From contig OZ220495.1 of NCBI GenBank assembly GCA_965116225.1, positions 2,424,393 to 2,488,392 of the forward strand: DNA of 64,000 nucleotides, written 5' to 3'. Of this stretch, positions 28,718 through 39,004 are shown one piece after another. Position numbers and translations under genes: made by a program. The DNA is from Dehalococcoidia bacterium. GTDB taxonomy: Bacteria; Chloroflexota; Dehalococcoidia; Bin125. Numbering within the stretch: position 1 is the first letter of the stretch; each line of letters begins with the position of its first letter. Under the pieces are notes generated by a model that had not been told where the DNA came from, searched no databases, and worked only from the letters and a program-made list of their open reading frames with translations.

Positions 28718-30129
28718 CGGCGATTCACGAGCTCACCGCCGGGCAGTTGCGGGTTGCCTATGCGGCACGCGACCTGTCGCCGGTCGAGGTTCTGGAGTCC
28801 TGCTTCGAGAGAATCGACCGCCTGGAGCCGTCGATCCATGCGTTCATCACCCAAACGCGGGACCTGGCCATATCCCAGGCGCGGGACGCTGAGCGACAGT
28901 GGTTGGTGCCGAGCGACGCCGAGCGACCGCTCCTGCTCGGTATTCCAGTGTCGATCAAGGATCTCGTTGACGTTGCCGGAGCGCCCACGACGATGGGCTC
29001 GTTGGTCACCTCAAGGAATCGCGTATCCCGCGATGAACTGTTCGTCGAGCGGTTACGGTCGTCTGGAGCCGTCATGCTGGGCAAGACCAATACTTCGGAG
29101 TTCGGACTCGCCGCGCAGACGCTGAACCGGCTCGGTCCAGCGACGGCCAATCCTTGGAATCTGGACAGAACGGCCGGCGGTTCGAGCGGCGGCGCGGCGG
29201 CGGCTTGCGCGGCCGGTTTCGGTCCGCTGCATCATGGTACCGACGGCGGCGGTTCGGTTCGCGTACCTGCCGCGTACTGCGGGGTCGTCGGCCTCAAGCC
29301 GACAGGCAGGCGAGTCCCCCGCCGCGCTCGCGGCGCAGGTATGTCGCAGATCTCAACCGACGGCGTGCTGGCGCGGTCGGTCGCCGACGCGGCGCTGATG
29401 CTCGACGCTATCACCGGCTCGCATCCTGACGATGCGGCTCTGTACCGCGACAGGCGATCCGACGTCAGCCAGTCGGCAAGTATTGGCGATCTTCAGGGAT
29501 TGCGGGTTGGAGCCACCACGCAGCTGGGTTGGCCGACGCCTTGCGAGCCGTTGATCGCCGAGCGTGTCGAGGCGGCGGCAATGATATTGCGTGAGGCGGG
29601 CGCGTCGGTGTCGGCGAGCGCGCCTGACATCTCCGACCCGAACGAGATATTCCCGACGCTGTCCGCCGTTGGCGCGGCGGCGAACTATGGGGATATGTGC
29701 GTCGGACGCGAGGATGAACTGTCCGATTACACCCGTGGCAGTCTCAAGCGCGGACGCGCCCTGTCAGGCGTCCAGGTGGCGGAGGCTTATGCGGCGCTCG
29801 ACCGGTTGCAGCGTCAGATGGATGCCTGGTTCGATGAGCGCGACATTCTGCTCACGCCGACCAGCGCGATCGCTGCCCACGAGCATAGCGCTCAAATCGA
29901 CGAGATCGCGGGCGCGCATGTTTCACCCTGGACGATCTCGATCCTGTACACGCCGCTGGCCAACCTGATCCAGGCACCGTCTATTTCCATCCCTGCGGGG
30001 CTCGATTCCGATGGCCTGCCGATCGCTGTGCAGTTGACGGCGCGCGAGGGCGACGATACAGCGGTCATCCGGGCCGCGGCCGTGCTGGAAGAGCGGGGTC
30101 TGAACAGCGCCAGACCTCTGGCACCCTAG
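28714..30129 (+). CDS. Amidase-signature family amidase
   Basis: GGSSGGAAAACAAG AS signature. Start overlaps the S9 peptidase stop (ATGA). Confidence 0.85.
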   Translation: MTAIHELTAGQLRVAYAARDLSPVEVLESCFERIDRLEPSIHAFITQTRDLAISQARDAERQWLVPSDAERPLLLGIPVSIKDLVDVAGAPTTMGSLVTSRNRVSRDELFVERLRSSGAVMLGKTNTSEFGLAAQTLNRLGPATANPWNLDRTAGGSSGGAAAACAAGFGPLHHGTDGGGSVRVPAAYCGVVGLKPTGRRVPRRARGAGMSQISTDGVLARSVADAALMLDAITGSHPDDAALYRDRRSDVSQSASIGDLQGLRVGATTQLGWPTPCEPLIAERVEAAAMILREAGASVSASAPDISDPNEIFPTLSAVGAAANYGDMCVGREDELSDYTRGSLKRGRALSGVQVAEAYAALDRLQRQMDAWFDERDILLTPTSAIAAHEHSAQIDEIAGAHVSPWTISILYTPLANLIQAPSISIPAGLDSDGLPIAVQLTAREGDDTAVIRAAAVLEERGLNSARPLAP

Positions 30130-30902
30130 TCCTCCAGCACCAGCGTGACCGGCGCATGGTCGGAAGGCTTGTCTCCGTCGCCCTGCATCTGACGTTCGTG
30201 GATGTCGATCTCGACTGCGACCGCTCGCTCGACCAGCGGCACCGAAATCAGATGATGGTCGATTCGCAAGCCGTTGTCCTGCTGCGCGCCGCCGGTGCGA
30301 TAGTCCCACCAAGTATAGACCCCGTCCGATTCGTCGAAGAGGCGTAGCGCGTCCGTCAAGCCCCAGTCGATCAGCGCGTTCAGCCGTTCCCGCTCAGCTG
30401 AGGAACAGAGGATGCGCTCGCGCCAAAACACCGGATCGTTGACATCGCGATCGTCGAAGGTGATGTTGTAGTCGCCGGTCAGTACCAATGCGTCGTTGAT
30501 GTCCTGACCGTCCAGCCACGCGCGCAACCGATCGAACCACTCCAGCTTGTACCGGTACATCGCATGCCCGACCTCGCGTCCATTGGGGCAGTAGAGACTG
30601 GCGACGCGAACGCCGTTGATGTCGGCGACAATGCCGCGCGCCTGGTCGTCTTCGGGCCAAGCCACGCCGACCTCGACATTGTCGGGATCGTCGAGTGATG
30701 CGATGGCGACGCCGTTGTACATCTTTTGGCCATGGATTGCCAGTTGGTAGCCTAAGCCGTCGAAGCCGTCGAATGGGAATTGCTCCTCGGTGCACTTGAG
30801 TTCCTGTAGGCAGAGGACGTCCGGCTGATGTTGATCGAGCCAGTTGAGGACTCGATCTTCGCGGGCGCGGATCGAGTTCACGTTCCAAGTCGTGATTTTC
30901 AT
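30126..30902 (-). CDS. xth: Exodeoxyribonuclease III
   Basis: MKITTWNVNSIRAR...LCLQELK... and the C-terminal SDHAPV match the EEP-family ExoIII. Confidence 0.9.
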   Translation of the reverse strand: MKITTWNVNSIRAREDRVLNWLDQHQPDVLCLQELKCTEEQFPFDGFDGLGYQLAIHGQKMYNGVAIASLDDPDNVEVGVAWPEDDQARGIVADINGVRVASLYCPNGREVGHAMYRYKLEWFDRLRAWLDGQDINDALVLTGDYNITFDDRDVNDPVFWRERILCSSAERERLNALIDWGLTDALRLFDESDGVYTWWDYRTGGAQQDNGLRIDHHLISVPLVERAVAVEIDIHERQMQGDGDKPSDHAPVTLVLED

Positions 30903-31693
30903 GCCTCGTTCCTCTCGCGGGCGCAGTACTCGCCGGCGTGTTGTCCATAGTGGAGGATGATCCCCGCCGAGACGTTGACGTTGAGCGAGTCGATGCCTTT
31001 GGCGATCCGGACAGCGACGCTCGCGTCGATCAGTGGTTCCAGTTCGTCGCTGATGCCTGAGCCTTCGTTGCCGAACAGCCAGATGGCCTGGTCCGGCGGC
31101 GTTTGCTCGTCCAGCGATCGCCCTCGTTGGTCGGCAGCAAGGACGGTCGCGCCATGCGCACGCAACTGCGCCAGATCGTCGGCGAGCGCTTGCGACCTTG
31201 CGATTCGGACGTGGAACCAGGCCCCCGTCGCGGCGCGGGTGACCCGCTGGTGGGTCGGATCAGCGCTACCTGGACCGACGAGCACCGTATCGACGCCGAA
31301 CGCCGCCGCCGAGCGGATGATCCCGCCCACGTTGCCTGGATCCTGCACCGCGTCAAGCGCGACGATCTGCCAGCGTTCTGGAGTCGGGATCCGGACTGCC
31401 CCCAACTCGTCCCGCAGGACTGCGATGTGGCCTTGCGGTGTTCTAGTGTCCGACAACCGCTCCGAGTCGGCCCGGCTCATTTTCAAGACCGGGATATCGA
31501 CCTCGCGCCACAGCTCCGGCGACGTACTGAGAATCTCTTCGATCGGGGCGGTAGCATCGATGGCGTCGCAGATGAGCTTCTCGCCGTCGATCAGGAAGCG
31601 GCGCTGCTCGCGGCGTCCTCGGGCGGTTTGGAGCTTCTGCAAGTAACGCAGGCGAGCATGGCTGAGTAGATCGACGTTGCCCGGGTTGCGCAT
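30899..31693 (-). CDS. TrmH/SpoU-family RNA 2'-O-methyltransferase (RlmB-like)
   Basis: SPOUT motifs DAVQDPGNVGGIIRSAAAFGV and LFGNEGSGISDE. 4-nt overlap with xth. Confidence 0.8.
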   Translation of the reverse strand: MRNPGNVDLLSHARLRYLQKLQTARGRREQRRFLIDGEKLICDAIDATAPIEEILSTSPELWREVDIPVLKMSRADSERLSDTRTPQGHIAVLRDELGAVRIPTPERWQIVALDAVQDPGNVGGIIRSAAAFGVDTVLVGPGSADPTHQRVTRAATGAWFHVRIARSQALADDLAQLRAHGATVLAADQRGRSLDEQTPPDQAIWLFGNEGSGISDELEPLIDASVAVRIAKGIDSLNVNVSAGIILHYGQHAGEYCARERNEA

Positions 31694-31734
31694 GGCCTCC
31701 CGACTCCAGAGCGCAGTCGGAGAGATGCCCGTAC

Positions 31735-32586
31735 CTAGCCGCCGTTGAATTCGGCCTTGACCTCGGTGTAGCGATCTAGAAGTGGCGTCACCGTGCCGGC
31801 CTCCGCGGGCGGCAGACCGAATATGATCCGCTGGAAACCCATCTCGATCAGATTCCGTACCTGTTGCGGATTCGGTCCGACGCCGAAGACGCTGCGCTGA
31901 ATCGTGTCGAAATCGCGATCGGCGCGATCTGCGGCGGCTCTGAGCTGCTCCATATCAGCCCGTAGGTCGCCGCGACCGGCAATCGGAAGCCAGCCATCGC
32001 AGTAATCGACGACGCGGTCGAATGCCCACTTGGACTGCGCGCCCAGCAGGATATCGGGACCGTTCTCCTGGACAGGCTTTGGGTAGCTCCAGACCGGGTC
32101 GAAGTTGATGAACTCGCCGCGGAACTCGGGCTCATCCTGCGTCCAGAGCTCGCGCCAGGCAAGGACGATCTCTCGCGTCACTTTCCAGCGATCCTTGAAG
32201 TTCCAGCCGTGGTTCTCGAGCTCCTCGGCATTCCAGCCGGCCCCGATGCCCAGGATCAGTCGTCCGCTGGAGATCATGTCCAGCGATGCGGCTGATTTTG
32301 CTGCAACCAGCACATCGTGCTCGGGCACGAGCAGGATGCCGGTGCCGACCTTGAGCGTCTCGGTCGCCGCCGCCGCCGCCATCAGCGAGACGAATGGGTC
32401 GTGCGTGTGCCAATATTCTTGCGGCAGATCGCCACCGCCCGGCCAAGGCGACATGCGTGAGGTGGGAATGTGCGTGTGCTCGGGGAACCAGAGCGATTCG
32501 AAACCGCGCGCTTCCACCTCGCGCGCTAGCTCGGGCGGTTGAATCGCGTAATCGGTCGGGAACATCGATACACCGAAGTCGGTCAT
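31735..32586 (-). CDS. LLM-class F420-dependent oxidoreductase
   Basis: FGVSMFPTDYAIQPPELAREVEARGFESLWFPEHTHIP...GIGAGWNAEE is the TIGR03619-like pattern. Confidence 0.8.
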   Translation of the reverse strand: MTDFGVSMFPTDYAIQPPELAREVEARGFESLWFPEHTHIPTSRMSPWPGGGDLPQEYWHTHDPFVSLMAAAAATETLKVGTGILLVPEHDVLVAAKSAASLDMISSGRLILGIGAGWNAEELENHGWNFKDRWKVTREIVLAWRELWTQDEPEFRGEFINFDPVWSYPKPVQENGPDILLGAQSKWAFDRVVDYCDGWLPIAGRGDLRADMEQLRAAADRADRDFDTIQRSVFGVGPNPQQVRNLIEMGFQRIIFGLPPAEAGTVTPLLDRYTEVKAEFNGG

Positions 32587-32655
32587 CCTGCATCCTGTCT
32601 ATGTGCGTCGGATCGTTCGCAGTCGAGGATATCGTCTGACGTCTGATGTGCTCGC

Positions 32656-33183
32656 TCAGATCGTCAGACCGCCCAGTCCCAGTAGACCGCGAGCATGTTC
32701 GATTTCTCCGATGTGCCGGTAGCCGTGGAAGAGCAGCATGCCGGTCAGCGCCTGCCAAGTGGTCATGGGCGGCGTGGGCTTGATCACGATCTCTGCGTCG
32801 AGATGGTCCACGCTGAGGCTCCCGACCCACTCGCGCGTCGCCGACCAGACCTGCCGCTGATACGATAGCCAGCCGTCGACATCGTTAAGCAGGACGGCGT
32901 CTGCCTCCGCTTTGGTCATGCCCGTGCCCTGCGAGGTTCGATGCAAGCTGAAACGCTGATCCCACTCGCCATTGATCCAGACGGTCGGTTGCCGCTGCGC
33001 GACCCAGTTAACGATGTTGTCTTCAGTGCGGACGTAATGCCAGAGCGAGAAGAAGGCGCTGACGCCATCTCCGGCCGGCCGGGCATTCCACTGCTCGGCG
33101 GTCATGTCGGGTACCGCGCGGTCGAGCATTCCGTGCATTCCGTCGAGACCTTGCCGGATCACTTCGAGCTGTGTCAGATTCAT
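32656..33183 (-). CDS. DinB-family protein
   Basis: LWHYVRTEDN...LLFHGYRHIGEIEHARG is the His triad pattern of DinB_2. Confidence 0.7.
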   Translation of the reverse strand: MNLTQLEVIRQGLDGMHGMLDRAVPDMTAEQWNARPAGDGVSAFFSLWHYVRTEDNIVNWVAQRQPTVWINGEWDQRFSLHRTSQGTGMTKAEADAVLLNDVDGWLSYQRQVWSATREWVGSLSVDHLDAEIVIKPTPPMTTWQALTGMLLFHGYRHIGEIEHARGLLGLGGLTI

Positions 33184-33248
33184 CCTGAACCTCCTCACCG
33201 TTGGCGAACGACCTGATCATATCCTGAAGCGGGTGTGAGGAGTCAAAC

Positions 33249-33554
33249 ATGGCCCACAGAGTTGAAGCCGACGAGTACCAGGAAATGTTGCGGCACGGGA
33301 CGATGTCGGTGGGCCTGTACAGGCCGCGGGAGGTGGACAAACAGTCGCCGCATGATCAGGACGAGGTGTACATCGTCGCTTCCGGTACCGGCGTGTTCGC
33401 GTTAGGCGGGGAACGCATGCCGTGTGCCCCAGGCGATACCTTCTTCGTCGGCGCGGGCGCGAAGCACCGGTTTGAGGAGTTTAGCGACGATCTGGCCGTC
33501 TGGGTCGTGTTCTATGGACCCAAAGGAGGCGAACACGCCCACGGCACCGGTTAA
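33249..33554 (+). CDS. Cupin-domain protein
   Basis: 101 aa with the two-motif cupin pattern (HDQDEVYIVASGTG...PGDTFFVGAGAKHRF). Confidence 0.7.
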   Translation: MAHRVEADEYQEMLRHGTMSVGLYRPREVDKQSPHDQDEVYIVASGTGVFALGGERMPCAPGDTFFVGAGAKHRFEEFSDDLAVWVVFYGPKGGEHAHGTG

Positions 33555-33561
33555 GAAACTG

Positions 33562-34041
33562 CTAGTAGACGCCGCCGAGTTTCTCGTGGTCCCAGCTGTA
33601 GACGCGGGTTGGATTGATGCGTACGACGGCGCGCTTGGACGCCTGGCGCCGGCGCTGTTCGCTGTCCACCGGAATGGTAGAGCGGCCCTGGGCGTTCGGG
33701 TTGCGCTTCTCGCCCGTCGCGTCCTGGACCGCCATGACGAGGTCGGGGTCGTTCTCGATCACGTCGGCGTCGCCCTCGATCACGAGTCCCTTGATCTTCG
33801 AGTATTCGGTACCCGATTCGAGCATTACGGTGATGCGCGGGTCGCGCTTGAGATTGAGCACCTTCTGCGCCTTGGCGTAGGTGGTGAAGTGGATTTTGCC
33901 GTCGATCATGCCGTACCACATGGCGACGAGATGCGGGAATCCGTTGTGGCCGTTGGAGGCGACCTGTAACGTCCAGCCAGTCTCGATGAACCCCTTGGCT
34001 TCCTCGTCGGTCATGGCGATCTTGTTGCGTCGGCTGGGCAT
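33562..34041 (-). CDS. PPOX-class (pyridoxamine 5'-phosphate oxidase-like) F420/FMN-binding protein
   Basis: GFPHLVAMWYGMIDGKIHFTTYAKAQKVLNLKRDPRITVM is the split-barrel PNPOx-like pattern. Confidence 0.75.
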   Translation of the reverse strand: MPSRRNKIAMTDEEAKGFIETGWTLQVASNGHNGFPHLVAMWYGMIDGKIHFTTYAKAQKVLNLKRDPRITVMLESGTEYSKIKGLVIEGDADVIENDPDLVMAVQDATGEKRNPNAQGRSTIPVDSEQRRRQASKRAVVRINPTRVYSWDHEKLGGVY

Positions 34042-34080
34042 TGCTACTCCGATTCCTGCTACGCGCTGACGGCAGTCTAG

Positions 34081-35469
34081 CTAGGGGCGGGTCATGTCTT
34101 CAGGGCGCACCCAGTCGGCGAACTGTTCCTCAGTGAGCAGCCCGAGCTCGAGGCCGGCGGAGAGCAACGTGCCGTTGTCGGCGTGCGCCTTCTTGGCGAT
34201 CGCGGCGGCGTTGTCGTAGCCAATGTGCGGATTGAGCGCCGTGACGAGCATCAACGAGGAGTGCATCAGCTCGTCGATCCGCTGGTAGTTCGGCTCGATC
34301 CCAACCACGCAGTTGTCGGTGAAGGAAACTGCGGCGTCGCCGAGCAGCTTGATGCTCTGCAGGTTGTTAAAGGCCATCATCGGCTTGAAGACGTTGAGCT
34401 CGAAATGGCCGTTGGCGCCGCCGACCGAGACCGAGACAGCATTGCCCATGACCTGCGCGCAGACCATGGTTAGCGCCTCGGACTGGGTCGGATTGATCTT
34501 GCCCGGCATGATCGATGAGCCGGGTTCGTTGGCGGGCAGGACCAATTCACCCAGACCGGCGCGCGGTCCCGAGCCAAGCATCCGCACGTCATTGGCGATC
34601 TTCATCAGCGAAACGGCGATCGTGTTGAGCCCACCGGCGAGTTCCACCTGCGCGTCGTGCGCGGCGAGCGCTTCGAACTTGTTGGGGGCGGTGACGAACG
34701 GCAGGCCGGTCAGCTCTGCGATCTCCTCAGCGACCCTGACTGCATACTCGGGGTGCGAGTTGATCCCTGTGCCGACAGCGGTACCGCCCAGCGCCAGTTC
34801 ATAGAGACGAGGCAGCGTCTGCTCGGCGCGCTGGATACCGTAAGTGACTTGCTGGGCGTAGCCGCTGAATTCCTGGCCCAGCGTCATCGGGACGGCATCC
34901 ATGAAGTGGGTGCGTCCGATCTTGACGATCTGCGCCCACTGATCGGCCTTGTCCTGGAGCGCGTGGTGAAGATGTCGAAGGCTGGGGATCAGATGATGGA
35001 CGGTCCGTTCAGCGGTGGCGATCGCCATGGCGCCAGGGAAGACGTCGTTGGACGACTGCGACATGTTGACGTGATCATTGGGATGGACGGGCGATTTGGA
35101 TCCGATCTCGCCGCCGAGCAGCTCGATGGCGCGGTTCGAGATCACCTCGTTGGCGTTCATATTCGACTGCGTGCCGGAGCCAGTCTGCCAGACGACCAGG
35201 GGGAAGTGATCGTCGATCTCACCATCGATCACCTGCTGTCCGGCCGAGCGGATCGCGTCGGCCAATTCCTCGTCCAGGCGGCCCAGCCTCTCGTTCGCCG
35301 TCGCTGAGGCGTGCTTGACGATACCCATCGCACGCAGGATCGCGCGCGGCATGCGCTCGCCGCCGATCTTGAAATTCTCCAACGAGCGCTGCGTCTGCGC
35401 ACCCCAGTAGCGGTCGGCGGGAACCTCAATCGTTCCCATCGTGTCGGATTCGACTCGGATGTTGCTCAT
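34081..35469 (-). CDS. fumC: Fumarate hydratase class II
   Basis: [17 protein letters not shown] signature, [34 protein letters not shown] before ATG(MSNIRVESD). The listed ORF to 36201 is a spurious N-terminal extension running into mdh. Confidence 0.95.
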   Translation of the reverse strand: MSNIRVESDTMGTIEVPADRYWGAQTQRSLENFKIGGERMPRAILRAMGIVKHASATANERLGRLDEELADAIRSAGQQVIDGEIDDHFPLVVWQTGSGTQSNMNANEVISNRAIELLGGEIGSKSPVHPNDHVNMSQSSNDVFPGAMAIATAERTVHHLIPSLRHLHHALQDKADQWAQIVKIGRTHFMDAVPMTLGQEFSGYAQQVTYGIQRAEQTLPRLYELALGGTAVGTGINSHPEYAVRVAEEIAELTGLPFVTAPNKFEALAAHDAQVELAGGLNTIAVSLMKIANDVRMLGSGPRAGLGELVLPANEPGSSIMPGKINPTQSEALTMVCAQVMGNAVSVSVGGANGHFELNVFKPMMAFNNLQSIKLLGDAAVSFTDNCVVGIEPNYQRIDELMHSSLMLVTALNPHIGYDNAAAIAKKAHADNGTLLSAGLELGLLTEEQFADWVRPEDMTRP

Positions 35470-35500
35470 GATCCTGTCCTCAACAGACGTCGGGTCCGGG

Positions 35501-36439
35501 TTAGGTTGCGGCCAGTCGCGCCATGTCGTCGACCAGTCCCTGGACGGCCTCGGCGGAGTGCTGGAGGCGGGACTGCTCCTCGTTGGTGAGGTCGATCTCG
35601 AGAATCCGCTCGATGCCGTTCCTGCCCAGGACGACGGGCACGCCGATGAACAAGCCGTTGACGCCGTACTCGCCGTTGAGCAGCGCGGCGCAGGGGAGAA
35701 TACGACGCTTGTCGAGTGCAATCGCATCGACCATCTGCGCGACGGCGGCGGACGGCGCGTAGAAGGCGGAGCCGGTCTTGAGCAGGTTGACGATCTCGGC
35801 ACCGCCGTCGCGGGTGCGTTGAATGATCTGGTCGAGTTGATCCTGAGGTAGCAGCTTCGTGATCGGGATCCCGGCGGCAGTGGTGTAAGAGGCGAGCGGG
35901 ACCATGGTGTCGCCATGCCCGCCGAGCACGAAGGCGTTGATGTCCTCGACGGAGATGTTGATCGCTTCGGCCAGGAAGGAGCGGTATCGGGCCGTGTCAA
36001 GAATGCCGGCCATGCCGACGACGCGTGAGCTAGGAATGCCGGCCACGTTGTAGGTGACGTGGCACATCGCGTCGAGCGGATTGGAGACGACGACGATGGT
36101 CGCGCCGGGCGATTCGGCGATGGCGGAGCGGGTGACCGAGTCGACGATGCCCATGTTGATCTGCAACAGGTCGTCGCGCGACATACCCGGTTTGCGGGCA
36201 ACGCCGGAGGTGATCACGATGATGTCAGAACCCGCCGTTGGGCCGTAGTCGATTGCGCCGCTGATGGCGGCGTCGACGCCGATGACGGGCGATGCTTCGT
36301 ACATGTCGAGCGCCTTACCCTGGGGCAGGCCGTCGACGATGTCCACCAGAACGACATCGGCGTAGCCGCGCTCAGCGAGTCGCTGGGCGGTGGTCGCGCC
36401 GACGTTGCCGGCTCCAATGACGGTCACCTTCGTTCGCAT
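35501..36439 (-). CDS. mdh: Malate dehydrogenase (LDH-like type)
   Basis: [18 protein letters not shown] Rossmann motif and the [10 protein letters not shown] region. 312 aa. Confidence 0.95.
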   Translation of the reverse strand: MRTKVTVIGAGNVGATTAQRLAERGYADVVLVDIVDGLPQGKALDMYEASPVIGVDAAISGAIDYGPTAGSDIIVITSGVARKPGMSRDDLLQINMGIVDSVTRSAIAESPGATIVVVSNPLDAMCHVTYNVAGIPSSRVVGMAGILDTARYRSFLAEAINISVEDINAFVLGGHGDTMVPLASYTTAAGIPITKLLPQDQLDQIIQRTRDGGAEIVNLLKTGSAFYAPSAAVAQMVDAIALDKRRILPCAALLNGEYGVNGLFIGVPVVLGRNGIERILEIDLTNEEQSRLQHSAEAVQGLVDDMARLAAT

Positions 36440-36611
36440 GTGTTGAGAGCCTTTCGGAACGCGAGTAGTCGTGCCCGTGCATGGGGTGGCGGGGCTGTGC
36501 GTAATTGTTATCGGATGCAGCTCGTTGGGTCTGCCATGTGCATGGCGGAATCGGACGGATGGCCACGGGATCCCGCGGTCCTGAAGGAACGATCGCTCCG
36601 GAGGGGAAGTT

Positions 36612-36635
36612 AGGAGGGCGGGTCGAACGCCTCCT
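36612..36635 (-). terminator. Possible stem-loop between acn and mdh (GC stem, no U-tract)
   Basis: AGGAGGGCG-ggtcgaa-CGCCTCCT imperfect inverted repeat seen directly. Function is inferred only. Confidence 0.3.
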
Positions 36636-36673
36636 GTCGTAATCCTGGATGCGCCACTTACCGAAACGTAGGC

Positions 36674-38941
36674 CTACTGCGCGGCGGCGATCTTGTTCAG
36701 GGCGCTACCGGCGCGGAACCAAGTGATCTGATCGTCGGTGTACGAGTGGTTGATGGCGACGTGGTCGCTCGACCCGTCCTCATGATCGATGCGCAGGGTT
36801 AGCGGTTGACCCGGCGCGAAGTCGCCAAGACCGAGCACGCTGATCCGGTCGCGCTCGGCGATGAGATCGTAGTGGGCCGGATCGCTGAAGGTAAGGGCGA
36901 GAATGCCCTGCTTCTTGAGGTTGGTCTCGGCGATGCGAGCGAATGAGCGGGCGATGACCACGTAGCCACCGCTGAACCGAATCTCCATCGAGGCGTGCTC
37001 TCGACTGGAGCCTTCGCCGTAGTTCTCATCGCCAACGGCGACCCAGCGAATGCCGGCATCCTTGTAGGCGCGCGCAACATCGCTGATCGGCTGGTTGATT
37101 TGTCCCGCGATCTGATTGAGCGTGCTACCAGTTTCGCCCGTGTACGCGTTGACGCCGCCGCTGAAGAGGTTGCCCGAGATGTTCTCGAGATGACCGCGAA
37201 AACGCAGCCAGGAACCGGCTGGGGAGATATGGTCGGTGGTCGTTTTACCCTGCGTTTTGATCAGTACGGAGAGGTAGCGGTAGTCGTCGCCGTCCCAGGC
37301 GGGGAATGGCGTCAGGCGTTGCAAGCGATTGCTCTCGGGGCTGACGATCACATCGATATCGCTGCCGTCTTCGGGCGGAGCGATGAAGCCTTCGTCGCCG
37401 GCGTCGAATCCGTGGAGAGGCAGCTCGTCGCCGCTGGGGGCGCTGAAGCGGAACTGGCCCTCGCGAGTGTCGATGGTGTCGTGGCGCGGGTCGAATCCTA
37501 TCTCGCCGGCAAACGCGGTGGCGACGACCAGCTCGGGAGAGCCGATGAAGGCGAGTGTATTGCGGTTAGCATCGTTGCGGCCGGGAAAATTGCGGTTGAA
37601 CGAGGTGACGATCGTGTTCTGCTGGTCGCCTTCGATGTCATCGCGCTTCCACTGACCGATGCACGGTCCGCAGGCATTGGCGAGCACGGTCGCGCCGGCC
37701 GACTCGAAGGCCTCGATCTGTCCGTCGCGCTCAATCGTGGCGCGGATCTGCTCGGAGCCGGGCGTGACTAGCAGGGGTGCCTGTAGTTCGAGACCGGCTT
37801 CCGCCGCCTGGCGGGCGATGTGCGCTGCGCGGTTCATGTCCTCGTACGAGGAGTTGGTGCAGGAGCCAATCAGCGCGTTGGTCACAGTGAGCGGGTAGTC
37901 CTGCGACTCCATGAAGCTGCGAACCTGGTCAACCGTGTTGCGCAGGTCGGGCGTGTGCGGTCCGACCCAGGCGGGTTCGAGTTCGCTGAGGTTGATCTCG
38001 ATCACGCGATCGAAGATGTCGTGTCGAGCATCGGCGATGCCTTCGTCGGCGCGCAGATGCTCGGCGTTCGCCTCGGCCAGTTCGACGATGTCGGAGCGGC
38101 TAGTACTGTGCAGGTAGGCAGCGGTGCGTTGGTCGAAGGGGAAGAGCGACGTGGTCGCGCCGATTTCGGCACCCATATTGGTCACGGTGCCGCGACCGGT
38201 GGCGCTCATCGACGCCAGGCCGGGGCCGAAGTACTCGACGATGGCACCGGTACCGCCCTTGACCGTAAGCTCGTCGGCGACGCGCAGGATCACGTCTTTG
38301 GGCGTCGTCCAACCGTCGAGTGCGCCGGTTAGATACACGCCGATCAGTTTCGGCATGGTGACGCCCCAGCCGAGGCCAGCCATCACGTCGACCGCGTCGG
38401 CACCGCCGACGCCAATCGCGATCATCCCCATGCCGCCGGCGTTCGGCGTGTGTGAGTCGGTACCGATCATCATCCCGCCAGGGAAGGCGTAGTTCTCGAA
38501 CACGACCTGGTGGATGATGCCGGAACCAGGCTTCCAGAAACCCGCTCCGTAGCGCGCCGCTGCGGTGCGCAGGAACTCGTATACTTCTTCATTTTCGCTG
38601 ATCGCGACCTGGAGGTCGGCGTCGGCGCCGACGCGCGCCTGGATCAGATGGTCGCAATGAACGGTGGTCGGCACGACGGCCCGCTGTAGCCCGGCGAGTT
38701 CGAACTGCAACAGCGTCATCTGCGCTGTGGCGTCCTGCAAGGCGACCCGATCCGGTTTGAGCGAGGCGTGATCCTGGCCGCGGCCCAGCGGCTGATTAAC
38801 CGGATCGACGAAGTGGCCGAAGAGAATCTTCTCAGCAAGCGTGAGCGGTCGGCCGAGTCGTTGCCGGGCGATCTCGATGCCATCGCGCAATGATGCGTAT
38901 GCAGCGCCGATCCGCTGCAATTCGTCTGGTTCGTATACCAT
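36674..38941 (-). CDS. acn: Aconitate hydratase (aconitase family, ~750-aa form)
   Basis: Aconitase motifs GIIHQV, GTDSHTPNAGG, SCTNSS and the swivel-domain SR region. 755 aa. Confidence 0.85.
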   Translation of the reverse strand: MVYEPDELQRIGAAYASLRDGIEIARQRLGRPLTLAEKILFGHFVDPVNQPLGRGQDHASLKPDRVALQDATAQMTLLQFELAGLQRAVVPTTVHCDHLIQARVGADADLQVAISENEEVYEFLRTAAARYGAGFWKPGSGIIHQVVFENYAFPGGMMIGTDSHTPNAGGMGMIAIGVGGADAVDVMAGLGWGVTMPKLIGVYLTGALDGWTTPKDVILRVADELTVKGGTGAIVEYFGPGLASMSATGRGTVTNMGAEIGATTSLFPFDQRTAAYLHSTSRSDIVELAEANAEHLRADEGIADARHDIFDRVIEINLSELEPAWVGPHTPDLRNTVDQVRSFMESQDYPLTVTNALIGSCTNSSYEDMNRAAHIARQAAEAGLELQAPLLVTPGSEQIRATIERDGQIEAFESAGATVLANACGPCIGQWKRDDIEGDQQNTIVTSFNRNFPGRNDANRNTLAFIGSPELVVATAFAGEIGFDPRHDTIDTREGQFRFSAPSGDELPLHGFDAGDEGFIAPPEDGSDIDVIVSPESNRLQRLTPFPAWDGDDYRYLSVLIKTQGKTTTDHISPAGSWLRFRGHLENISGNLFSGGVNAYTGETGSTLNQIAGQINQPISDVARAYKDAGIRWVAVGDENYGEGSSREHASMEIRFSGGYVVIARSFARIAETNLKKQGILALTFSDPAHYDLIAERDRISVLGLGDFAPGQPLTLRIDHEDGSSDHVAINHSYTDDQITWFRAGSALNKIAAAQ

Positions 38942-39004
38942 GATCGGTTCCCGTTCGGTGTTGGCCCGCTGACGGTCGGTCGGGGTTAGAGCGAACGCAC
39001 GGCC